From Eutreptiella sp. 'Long Island Sound 2002' (lineage: Eukaryota; Protista; Euglenida): DNA of 64,000 bases. How positions within the stretch are numbered: position 1 is the first letter of the stretch; the number at the start of each line of letters is the position of its first letter. Positions 48,867 through 60,269 of the stretch are shown here, piece after piece. The translations under genes were made by a program, and so were the position numbers. The notes under the pieces were generated by a model that was not told the origin of the DNA, ran no database searches, and worked only from the letters and a program-made list of their open reading frames with translations. The stretch lies in the NCBI GenBank assembly GCA_964036045.1, contig OZ038378.1:165354001-165418000 (forward strand), in the 5' to 3' direction.

Positions 48867-51800
48867 TTATGGTGTGTGAAACAAAGGGCGGCTGGGGTCT
48901 GGCGTCCCACACTGTGAGCCCTCCGTGCTGCACGTGATCGTGGAGGCCGTCGCTGGTGACCTGGGCGCCAGCCAAGCCTCGTCACAACTGTCCGGGGAGG
49001 GTGGGGAGACAGAGGAGGGGAAGAGTTCCTGTCGGATGTCACGCATGGGCGTCGCCCGTGGTGAGTGGGAGACCGCCCGCGAACGCCAGGCTGAGGATGG
49101 ATCTGTACGACCTGCTGAGTAACATGGCCTCTTGGAGGCTGGGGTGCAATCTTCTACCTCCAACAACGGTGTGACTCCCTGTCTGTGTTGCCGTGGGGGG
49201 CGGGGGGGGGTGCCTCGAGGCGGCGGGTCGGCCGCCCGCTCCTCCGGAGAAAACATGGGTGGTTCATCCAGGTCTGACTCGTCTTCTTGTTCCTGCGCCT
49301 GAGCCTCGTGCTGCGAGCGCCGGGCTGTGGTGACGTATCCCCGGAGTAGGGGGGATTTTCGGCGCCCCATATCGGCCAGTGTGTCCGCGTGTGTGTTTCC
49401 CACAATACCAACGCGTGAGGGGGCGTGCATCCAGCGTACTGCTGTTCCTGCTTGTTCAATTTCCCGGAGGAGTTGCTCCCACAAATCCACGTGGCCCAAC
49501 GGTCCTCGGGAGCCCGGCCAGTTGTGGCGCCGCCATTTGTTGCCTTTGCCCGTGGCACCCATGACCACCAACTTCGAGTCAGAACAGATCAGTGTGCGCT
49601 TGTGCCGTGCCCTGTGGCGAATGGCATGTATGGCAGCCAGGAGTTCCCCCCTGTTGTTTGTTTGTTTTTGATCGATGGGAATGCATTGTGCCGTGTCCCA
49701 GTGATCCCCCAAAAATACCCCGAACCCCCCGACCATGCCCGCCTCTGGATGGGTTTCCGACGAACTGTCGGGGTAGATGATATCCCATCCCTCCGCCACA
49801 TATTCATCAATGACCTTCAGGTGTGCCGCCGCAATTGCCGGGCCATAAATTTCCTTTTTACGCTTTCTTGGTCGTGGGTTGCGGAGCCTTGGGGGGGAGC
49901 GGTGAGGCTGGTTCAGCCTGGGGTGTTGAAGACTGCCTGGTTCCTTGAGGGACGTGATCGCCTTGTGCATATCCCGTACTTCAGCTGTAGGGAGGGTGGG
50001 GGCTGGGTGCTCGTGCCAGTGTGCAAGTATGCACAGCCACTGTGTGAGGAAGATGTCCCACGTTGGGGGGGTGTCACGAAACTTGACAGCATTGCGCAGG
50101 TTCCATGATGCCATACTGGCAGTCCACATGACCAGGCCCAGTGGGCTCTGGAGGGATAGGACCGGCATGTCCCAGAGGAGGACCTCCGGGTCTGTTTCCG
50201 TGGTGTCTTCGAAAATCGCTGGACCCATGCATTGCACTTCCACGTGGTATGCGGGAGGGAGGAAACGGCATTCCATGAGGGCGTGCCGCATATCTTCCGG
50301 CTTGCCATCCACAGGGCAATGTGTGTGCTGTGGGAGCCAGTTGGCCAGCCTGGTCCCTACAGGCAGTTTCTTCCACAATGCTATCTGTATAAACGAGTGG
50401 TGTTTGGGCGGCACCGACAGCTTGGTCCAGGCCTGCCAGGTCTCAGGTGTTCGAGGGGGGTCTGGCGGTTCCTGGAGCATCACGTACCTGAGCATGGCTT
50501 TTGTGTTCCACCCCCCCCAAGAAAATAGCCGACGTTTCTTGTGGCGGTGTCATTTGCGGCTGGGGCCAGGGCTGACCGAGTTGGGACTTGTACCTCGGGG
50601 CCCATGTGGGTGGCACGTTCCCCTGCAGGTCTGTTGTGAGCTGTCCTATGTGTGTGACCCCTGCCCTGATAAGCTTGGGCGAAAAATACGTGTTTTTATT
50701 GGTGTCCCTGAAAAGCACCGAGGGCTAGCAGCTCAGCCGTGACGCTTGGTCTGTGTTGGGGGGGAGGATGGGGGCCAGTTTCCGTAGGAGGGAGTAGGCT
50801 TTTGCCGATGTGCCCAAAAAAGGATAGGTGTTCTAGGGGATGGGGCCTAGTTGGAGCCAGGGGAGATCTCCCAGTTCCGCTTGCACCCCGAAACGTTTGG
50901 CCCACCCATTGAAATGCTGTGCAGAAATGGGGGAGAGTTTACTCGTGTCGTGCCAAGACATCACGAAATGTGTGGTATGCTGCCACAGAAGGAAGAGGCC
51001 GGCCTTTGGGAGGAGAGCTCCCCCCAACCTCGGGGGGAGTTGCAGGATGGGAAGGATGAGACCCCAGCTGATGAGTCTTAGGGTCACCCGGTACACATTT
51101 GCCAGCTTGGTGCATACATCCTCCGTGGGGAAAGATGCCCTCGCCGGGTAGATCATCAATGGGAGTATCCACTCCTGAAGCAGCTGCACACGCTCTGGCA
51201 TCGTGAGAGGGAGGGTCGCCGCGTACTGCGCGCGCGCAAGTGCTCGGGCTAAGTGGGAAGCAAATGCCTCATCAGGGGTTGCGTCCCGAAAAGGTTCCCT
51301 AGATACTTCACCTTGCTTTGCACCGGAATGCCTGTGCTTGTGAGTTTGGTTTTCTGCTGCTCCGTCCAAAAGCCGCGCAATAAAAAGGCCGATTTATCCA
51401 AATTAATCTCCAATCCAACGAACTTGGCGTACCGCCGTAGCGTGTACATGATGTCTGGTATGAGGGGGCAGATGAGAGCTGGGGAGATGGGGATATACAA
51501 CAAGAGATCTTCAGCATAGAATAGGACTCTAATGCTAGGGGACACTGCCTGGAGCATGGGGACCAGTACCGAGCAACCCATGGCGAACAACGATGGTGAC
51601 AGTGGGTCCCCCTGGCGGACTCCTGACTCTGAGGTGACCTGTACCTCGCGCACTACGCCCTTGCCTACTCCAAAAACAAAGGGGGATGTCAGCATGTTCA
51701 TCAGGAGTGCCATCATATGTGGGGGGAGGCCCGGGTGTGTGAAGAAGGCGACAAAATAATTGTGATGCACCGAATCAAACGCCTTTGAGAAGTCAATTGA

Positions 51801-53600
51801 CACGAAAAGTCCATAATCCATTGCGGTCCAGGTTGCCCGCGCCTCCCAGATGTGCTCAAAAATGAACCGCCCTTTCATGAAGCCTTCTTGCTCGGGGGGG
51901 GGGGGGGGGCATACAAGAGCAGGTCCTGTAGCATGAGGTACAGGGTCATTGAGACCCATTTGAATAACACACTTTGCAAACACAGCGGGCGCGGCTGGGT
52001 GACAGAAAATGAACCCTTTTGGTTGGGGATTGGCCTAAGGTTGGCCAGTGCCCACTCGTCTGTGATTTTCCCTGTGGTAAGGAATTGTGCAATTTGTTCC
52101 GTCATTTTGGGCACCAGTACCCCCGGGAGGGCCATCAGGATTACAGTTGTGACACCGTCCAAGCCAAGGGCTGACCCTGGTTTCATTTTTTCTAGTGCTG
52201 TGAGCACCAGCTCCTGTGTGAGTGGCTTGAGCAGCAGGGTTGCTGCTCCTTTTAGTTGCGGGCGGAGGGGCAGTGATTGCAGAAACTGGGCACACTCCTC
52301 GACGGATTGCTCCCCCTTGGCCATGACCCCTGGCCAGGACTGCTTCAGTTCGTCCGCAATCTGTGTGGGTTCCGTGAAGGTGTGCCCTGCCCGGTTGCGC
52401 AGTGCTGTCTGTTTCCGCTTGCTTTGCAGTTCCCTGGTGAGACGTGCAATTTCTATCCGTCGTTGTTGTTTACTCTGTGGTTTCTTTGGTTGTGCGTTGA
52501 GTGCCGACCGTAGCTTAGGTAACACAATCCCATCCGTCTTGTGTTGGGTGGCCTGTTCTGCCCGTGCCACGAGTGGCTGTCGTGGCGTGGCTGGCGTCAG
52601 TCTCTGTTGGTGCCGGAAATTTGCCGCCTCAGGGGGGGTGTAATCGACAGTGCTTGCCTGATGCATGGCTGTGACCTCACTAAGTCCTTTGGGGTTTAGT
52701 TGTCTTTCATACGTGTATGCGGTGGTTCTGATGGTGCGGAGTGCCTGTGCCCACCACTCGTCTCCTTGTGCCGTGAGTCCCCTCAGTCGCTGGGTGAGGC
52801 CCGCTGTGGTGTCCTCACACTGCAGGAAGGATGTGAGGATGCGCTGTCTAGGATGGACTGTCGTGGGGTTGGGGGGGGCCAGGGTTGTTACCACCGCGCG
52901 GTGGTCTCCACTGCCCATTTTTTTCGCGTAGCACCGTACGATCGAGGCTGACATGTGTCTGGACACATGGATTTTGTCTATCCTTCTGCAATGGGGGCAC
53001 TCGTCCTGCTCCGTGTGAAGCCCCCATGTCCACCCTTTAGGTCTTTGTGGGTCGTTGTGGTCCGGTGCTGGGCCATAGACTTCTTGCCACGTGTCACACA
53101 TGCTGAACGCTGAGAGGGTGCTGAGTTCTTCAGCCCGTGCTCTGGCTGCGGGGGGGGAGGTTGTCGTGCTCAGAAATATATTCAGAGTCATCACCTGGGG
53201 TGATGACGGAATTGTGGTCTGCGAGGAGGAGTATGTGTTGTGAGAAGGGGAAGACCGCCATTGCTTCTTTGAACCGTAACCATTGTGATTTTCTTTTGTC
53301 TGGCTTATCACTGAAGTGGGCAGAAACCACTGTATACACAAGGCCCTCGGGGCTCAGCAAGTTGCCCAGAAGCAGGCGCGGGGAGATAGAGGCCGAGGCG
53401 ACCTCCGTCCATTCCTTTTGCCAAAACAGTGCCACTCCCCCCCCCTGGTGTGGGGGGGGAGACTTGAGCCCTGCAATCGTAGCCATGCTGCTTAGCAAGG
53501 GCCTTGAGACTGGAGGAGCGGGACTCTAGTTGTGCGGAGCCCATTTGTAGGTGTGGTTCTTGCATCGCGAAACCTGCACTTGCAATTCTTTCATATGGCT
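48867..53600 (-). mobile_element. L1/Tx1-like LINE-B ORF2 (APE-RT-zf-RNase H), frameshifted
   Basis: APE: MQEPH, GGVAL, LADHN, RIDKI, SGDHRAV. RT: PGSALGLDG, RPLCL, IDFSKAFDSV, GVRQGDPLSP, FYAED, GLEINLDKS, KYLG. Zinc finger CPVDG..E...H....C (~50268-50320). RNase H ~49365-49790. Confidence 0.92.
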
Positions 53601-53981
53601 TAGGCGGGGCATATGACTCTAGCACAGATTCTCCGTCGGGATCCAAACTCCCTTCTCCCCTTCCCCCAAGTACAAGTACAACCAAACCCTATGCAGGCAG
53701 TGCAAGTGCTGCCGAATATTCTTCCCCCTCAGGTGCAACCTCCTCACCCCCTCTACCAGGGACATGTTCCGCTCACACAACGGAACCTCAGTTACCTACA
53801 GGCCCTGGTATCACAGACCCCCCCTCCCAAACCTCGGGCTCACGCATGATGGTGTTGGATATTGACAGTGTCAAAGGTAAACGGCCGTGCAACGGTAACA
53901 ATGACAACTTCTAATGCCACAACACCACCACAAACGTTTCCGTTAGGCAGCGACCTCACAATTGCCACCATCAACGTCAAC
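53600..53981 (+). mobile_element. Inverted 5' segment of a LINE: ORF1 C-terminus + ORF2 start
   Basis: Plus-strand S/P-rich ORF ends at TAA 53912-14, overlapping ATG 53901, which reads MTTSNATTPPQTFPLGSDLTIATINVN (APE first strand). This piece is missing from the minus-strand APE. Confidence 0.65.
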
Positions 53982-54655
53982 TGAGCACACGCCAACCAGC
54001 AGGAGGGCTCACGCATCGTACCCAGGGTAGGTGTGAGCCGCCCTTTTCACTGATCGGTCGTTTCAGCAACGAGATTGATTCCCGGTTGAACGGGAGCTTT
54101 TCACGGAGCAGGTCCGTACCTTCCGCCAAGCGCAACTCCCTGCCTGTGAAAACTATCATCTTGAGAGAGACATCCGTGTATGGTGCCACCACTTGTTTGA
54201 ACAGAGCAATGCCCTCCAGTAGGGCCGAACTGCGTACTGCGACCACCAGGTTGAAGGTGGTGTCTTTGCACCATATGATTTTTGGGAGAACAGCTTCTTT
54301 GAGGTTTAGGATCGAGTCCAGTTTGTACTGGGCTGCTGAGACATCCTTGTTGTGGAAATATTTGTCGTCTGAGAAAATTCCTGTTGTGTGTTCCGACGCT
54401 ACCAGGCTAGCAATGGCCACCTGCGTGGACTCGTATGCCATTAAGGCACCCTCTTCCGCCCATTCGTGTGTTTTTTGAACTCTGCATTGAGATCCGCGGC
54501 ATTCGCAGCCTCTGACATTTTGGGGGTCGCACTTCACTCTCAATTGTCCGACGATGGCTGTCAACGGTGCACACAAACTGGAGTGGGGAGGACCAGTGAA
54601 ACCCCGGTGGTGTAGCCCAAGACCGGGTTTTTGATACACCAACGCGGGGTGTCAC

Positions 54656-54883
54656 TCAGTCCAAATCGATGCCGATGTGCAGGTACTCTACACTCTCGGT
54701 GAAGATGTCCTGGAGCAAAGCGAAGAGGAGGTGCTCCTGCTCCGCAGGACCCACAAACTCGTGCACAAAGGACGGAACCCTCAGGCGATACTAGACGAGG
54801 GGAAGCGGCACCTGGCGCACGCGCAGTCCCTGTCGGCAAGTCGAGGTCTCGGTTTGCAGGGGGCAAGTCCCCGAGGTGCCCAT
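54656..54883 (-). pseudogene. Retroposed trans-spliced mRNA (processed pseudogene) of unknown product
   Basis: Starts 13 nt after the SL. MGTSG...PLV*YRLRVPSFVHEFVGPAEQEHLLFALLQDIFTESVEYLHIGIDLD*, GC3-rich, internal TAG at 54791-93. Confidence 0.6.
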
Positions 54884-54896
54884 TCATAAAGAGCAT

Positions 54897-54920
54897 CGAA
54901 AAAAATAGACACTCAGAGAG
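54897..54920 (-). other. Euglenid spliced-leader exon relic (not an SL RNA gene)
   Basis: Minus strand CTCTCTGAGTGTCTATTTTTTTCG versus the Euglena SL core TCTGAGTGTCTATTTTTTTTCG (one fewer T); followed by ATG, not by the GT donor. Confidence 0.85.
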
Positions 54921-56638
54921 ACATGGGACATGGGGGGGGGGTATGTGCACACACAAAAGGGAGTTGCCCGCCACCCATCGCTTTTGGTGTTATGTCCTTG
55001 AGTATCTATTGAACTCCCATGTGCATACAACTTCAAGAGAGATGAACGTCATCGCAATATGCGCTTGCAGATCTGCTATCAGCCGCAATGCCCTGCTCCT
55101 TTGTTCTTGCATTTGCGGGCGAGACATCTTACGATGGCCCAGTCAGGCATGCCTTGGTCACTCGAGGACTTCAATTTCTGCAAACCACCAGCATTTGGAC
55201 CACAGGTCTTCAAGTTCTGCAGAGTACTAGCATTTGGACTAGTCAAAGGGTATCCACACATCTTTGGTTCCAACAGAGTGATCTCTAGACGCCCAGTTTC
55301 AGATCTGTCTACACCGGTAATGTCGACAAGAAATTGCCCGAAGATGAAACCCTGGCGCGCAATGAGCGTCGGGATTGCCAAGCGCAATGTCACTGAAAAA
55401 CATTGGGGGGTGCCATGGGAGGGTGAAGCTGCCGCGAGCCCATGCTTTACACTGGCGCACTTTGCAAGCCCCCTGAGCAAAGTAAGAGTACAATTGAGAA
55501 TTTCATTGCTATGATTCACTTTGAGGAGGTCCAAAAAGCAAGAATATCCCAACCGTGATGATGCCATAGCCTATCATCCACACACTCCACCTTTCTTACT
55601 TACTTCCTTGGAGCAGTTTGTAGCGGCCCCCCTCGTGCCCCTCGTATGACCACAACGCACAATTGTACAGTGCCGATGTTAGGGAATGCCACGCGCGCAA
55701 CACCACGGTCCGGTGCCACTATCTCAAGTGTTTGGCCAAAAAGACACCGTGTACACAACAAGCACATGTGCGTGCAATCAAATTAACTTGTTCTGCAACA
55801 CAACAATGCGTACGGTGCCACAACGCCGTGTATCACACAACATTGGACGAATTGCGAGTGGATTCACCTCATAGGAGCGCAAAATGCAATGAAATCTACA
55901 CTAAAAGACTGTATTTACATTGGCCGGACACAAGTGTTGTTGCATTGCGGTAAAAAGGCACTGCCGCCATGATGTCATTTGTTGCACTCGCCTAGAAAGC
56001 AGCTACATGGTACTTTTTTGTTCACCAATGTCTTGATGCCCTCAATTTTGGGAATGCACGCGTGCTGATGCCAAGGGCCGCGGCCAAGCTATGCCTGAAG
56101 TAACCTCTGACACAGCGTTGACTGAAGACCGTGAGCTACGCACATATCGGGTGAATTATGAGGTGAAGACGACGGTCCCCCACCACCCCGGGGAGGGGGG
56201 TGTCACCAAATGATGGCTGCCCCCAGCCCTGAGGGGGGGGGGGGCGGACACCACACGACAGTCACCTGAATTCTAGTACCCCCCCCTTGTATAAGCTACG
56301 CCAAAGTCCAAAATTAATACGGTCCCTACGCCTACTGTAGCTTGGACACGGGTGTAGCTTGCGCGCGACACATACAACTACCGACACCGGGTGCCCAGGT
56401 TCAAAAAGAGAGGATTGCATGGTGAGCTGGCGCAAGCAAGGGGAACATAATGCACAAGGATACCAAAAATCAGAGCTATGTGGGTTCAAGTGGGCAAACA
56501 CTCACAACAAATGTGTCCATGACTCTATGTGACTCCTGATTTCGTCACCAAACCCATGTCTTATGTGGCTGCAATACGTTTGGTACCGAATTAAAATTCG
56601 GTACCGAATTAATGCGGTCCCTACGCCTACCGTAGCTT

Positions 56639-58844
56639 CACCATAAACAGTGGAAAGTTCAGCGATAGGTCCCCACCGACAAACCTATGTCCTCTCATTC
56701 AGTGCATTCCCAGGCATGGCGGCGAAGCCGCCGTCACAGTTCATCCACAAAAACGGTGCCGGAGGAGCCGCCACAGTTCGTCTGGGTAGGTCAGGTGTCC
56801 CTCCCTGGCCCTCAGCAGGAACTGGGTTCAGATGACTAGAGCAGCCGGTAAAAAGAACGCCCAGCGACATGCCCACCGTGTGTCGAACCCACGTTCCATG
56901 GCGTGGGAGACAAGTGTGTTTCCGGTATGCTACCGCCCGATGTGTTGTGTACTGGCTTTCAGAACCACCAGGATTGACCTCCGACAGTTGTGCCCGGTGA
57001 CTCCCCACGCTCATATCGCTTACCCTCAAGGCTCAAATCGACCGCGTGGGTCGACCCGCAGCAGCGTGTCTGCCGCCTTCGCCACCAAAGAAATGTGATG
57101 TGGGAGTCACATGTGTTTCAGGTATGCTCCTATCCAGTTGCGACTCAATCAGAATTCCCCCCCAATCCCCGGCGTCTCTTCCGGTATGGATTGTCACTCA
57201 CTTCCGTACTACACTCCGATCCCCCCGACTGGCACGAGCCTGTGTCTGACCCAAAGCTTCCAGACGTGGTGTCCGTTTCCCCCGAACCACATGGCGTGGC
57301 ATCCATCTCAGAGCCCCATCCCCCCTCCAACTCACTGCACTCGTCACTGGATGTCCCTGAGGACGAAATTTCACTAGGCATCTCCTCCAACCCAGGTCTG
57401 CCCACATAGGCTCCACACGCGGCCTCTTAGGCAACCCATGCCGGTTGTGTGGGTGCATCTGGCGCCCCTCCTCGGCCAGCCCATCCGCTTGGTGGTTCCC
57501 ATGCACTCCCAAATGTGACGGTACCCAATGCACATGCAGTTCTTCCCCTGCCGTCTTTCGCTCCCAGAGAATTTGCTCCCACAAATCTCTGTGACCCACT
57601 TCCCCACTCGCCGTGCGCCACCCATGCCGCCGCCACTTCGCCGACCACTCCATGATGTCTTTATACACATACTCAGAGTCCAACACCACTACCAACCGTT
57701 CGCCTTGCCTCCGCTGCAGGATCGCATGTATGACCCCCCGTAACTCGCCCCTGCTCACGCTCTGCCGCTCCGACTCTGGGATGGGTGCCGCATGGTTCCG
57801 TGCCGACGCCTCGGCAAACCACATACCATACCCCTCTTGTCTCCACCCCCTGACCATCTTGGATGACCCATCCGTATACGCCACCGCCCAGCCGTCCTCT
57901 TCTAAAGACGCCAACCTCTTTACCGCTGCATCTCTGTACCCTCCCCATTTTGCCTCTTTCAGCGCCAGCTTATCCTGCTGCTGTGGGGGTCGGGCGTTGG
58001 TGGGTGGCTTAGGCTTAGACTGAAAAAGTTTGGGCATGAGGAGGCTGTCAAACCAACTTTCCAAAATGCCCACAAACCGATGCAGGTCCGCCCTGGAACA
58101 TGACATGTCTCTCTCGGCCCGCCACCTCCGCAACACAGTCGCCCAGCCCGCTATGAACTCATCCAAAACCGGAGCATTTTTCTGGTACTTAGCCTAACAG
58201 CGCAAATTCCACTGCACCTTCACCCCCGCCGGGAGGATTAGCCCCTGCGTCGTGGTCAAGGACAGTAGGGGGTGTTCATGCAACAGTCTGCGGGGCTCCA
58301 CCGCCCCCGATGGGGTTGGGACTAGGCCAAACGCCCGGCGAACCGTGTCAAAAAAAAGGGGGCTAAAGAAACAGTGCCTGAACACATGCTCATGTCTCTC
58401 CACTTTGGAAACAAGGGGACAGAGCTTGCCCCCGAGGCGCTCCATCCGGGTCCCCAATGGCAATTTTTTCCACGGACACCGCCTAATAAAATCCTTATCC
58501 CACTTCGGCAGAACAAACCGCTGAAATGCGCGCCACACCTCCAGCGTCTGTCGCGATGGGTGTCGCCGACGATGCTGCATGAATAACAACATGCGCCGCG
58601 AAGACCATGATGCTGCCCAAGCCCCTAGTTCCGGCCCCTTGTAATCGAGCACTGCCTGATACGAAGAGACTATCTGTCCTACCCTCTCTAAATACACTGG
58701 GCGCCAGGTCGGCGCCAGCATGTCCCACAACAGTAGCGGGATCGCTCCATTGTCCACCAAGTCCCCCCACCGCATCACACCCCTTCGTATCAGCGGGGGA
58801 GACCAATACGAAAATGATCGAGCATTCCGCAACAGGACAACAGG
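56639..58844 (-). mobile_element. 5'-truncated L1/Tx1-like LINE-C (zf + RNase H1 + acidic tail + ~500-bp 3' UTR) with a 14-bp TSD
   Basis: WKKLPLGTRM...CPLVSKVERHEHVFRHC; RNase H YTDGSS, SRGEL, LDSEYV, KWRRHGWRTASG, WVPSHLGVHGNHQADGLA; TSD gcctac(c/t)gtagctt at 56625-38 and 58845-58. Confidence 0.85.
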
Positions 58845-60269
58845 GCCTACTGTAGCTTGGACAAGGGCGTAGGTTATGGGGGAATGTTTGCCTGGCGCGC
58901 TACCTTTCTATTAACTATCCCGACTTCAGCCCGAGATTTACCCTCTGATGGAGAAGGCCCCCCAAATAGACCATGATGGACTGCGCACCTTCCCTACAAA
59001 GCACGTTGCATAATTAGGCAATAGTTATGACTTCAGCAACTCGAAATGTAATTTGCATTGTACTTAACAAACGGTACTTTGCCTTTTCCTTTGCCATAGA
59101 TTTCGCTATGGTAATGAGTCCCCAAGCTGCAAGCGGTGTGGACACTGTTTCTGCCTCACGTCACAAGAACGAAGCGCAAACTCAGTATTCGCTATATGAC
59201 CCCTGCCTTCTCGGGGTCCCCATGGTGGGGGGAAATCAGTATGGCTACATTACCCCTACTTTCTTGGGGTCCCCGTGGTGGGGAGAAATCAACCTAGTAA
59301 GGAGTGGATGTGGTGGAAACGAGCAAAAAATGGAAGAAAATTGGTGAAACTGGGTGAGAATCCAAACATACCATATCCCGAATGTGAAGAAAGCATCAAA
59401 ATACCCATTGTCAATCAACAATAATGCCGATAGTATGACAAAGTATGGGCTTCTAGGACGGCTAGACGTCCAAATAGTTGCAGTGCACCCCCTAAAAGGT
59501 CACCGGTGGGGCACGGGTAAAAAAAGATGCCCGGCGCGCGCCCGATACAAGGGGGGGGGGGGTACACCCAACTAAAATTTTTCTTCGGCGCCTGTGATTT
59601 CCTATTTATTTCTGATTGTTCATGGCCCAAGGGACGGTCCCCCCACCCCCTGGGGGGATGGACAAAGCGGGGGGGGGGGTAGGGCAAGCTAGATGAGTAC
59701 TGTAAAATGGTCTGTGTTCATCAGTTGGCCAACAAAATTCACCAATGATCGGGCAGCACACCACTATTGTGATGAAGGCCATGGTGTGTTCCTTGCAGCT
59801 GGTGGCGAACACCGGACATTTTTTTGCACATTCTAACGCGGGCTGGGCTTCAGCTGCATGCCGCACATAACTTCCTTAGAAAACCAAGGCTTTGCCAGCT
59901 GCACCCAAAGCCAGTGCCACATGCCATGTGCTATGGTATCAACTCCTGACTGCCGTGGGGGATTGCAGTCGGGGCTGTGCTATTGTACTCTACTGTGCAT
60001 AGCAATCAGGTGCTAACGTATGCCACGAGGCATTGCAGTCGGGAATGTATCATGCCCTGGGTTTCCAGTTGCGCCCGATTGCCATGCCCTACGGCATGCA
60101 TTTCGCACCAGGATGGAATGCGGACAGCACACAAAAACAGGTGTCTCGGTTGTCTCTCCACCATACAACAATCCTGCAGCAAGCTTGAACAATGCCGCCG
60201 CTGAATGCCCCACAGGACGTGGTGGCTGTGTGTGCTGGTGTATGCTGTCTGCACACTTCCTGCATGTCA

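Noticed and set aside
54897-54920. SL RNA gene
   Set aside because: The exon is followed by ATG, not the GT donor; no SL intron, Sm site or linked 5S gene is visible.
56330-58863. 19-bp TSD defining a longer LINE-C (56349-58844)
   Set aside because: Similarity extends beyond 19 bp with mismatches, so 56309-56362 is a separate repeat copy; the closer 14-bp pair fits better.
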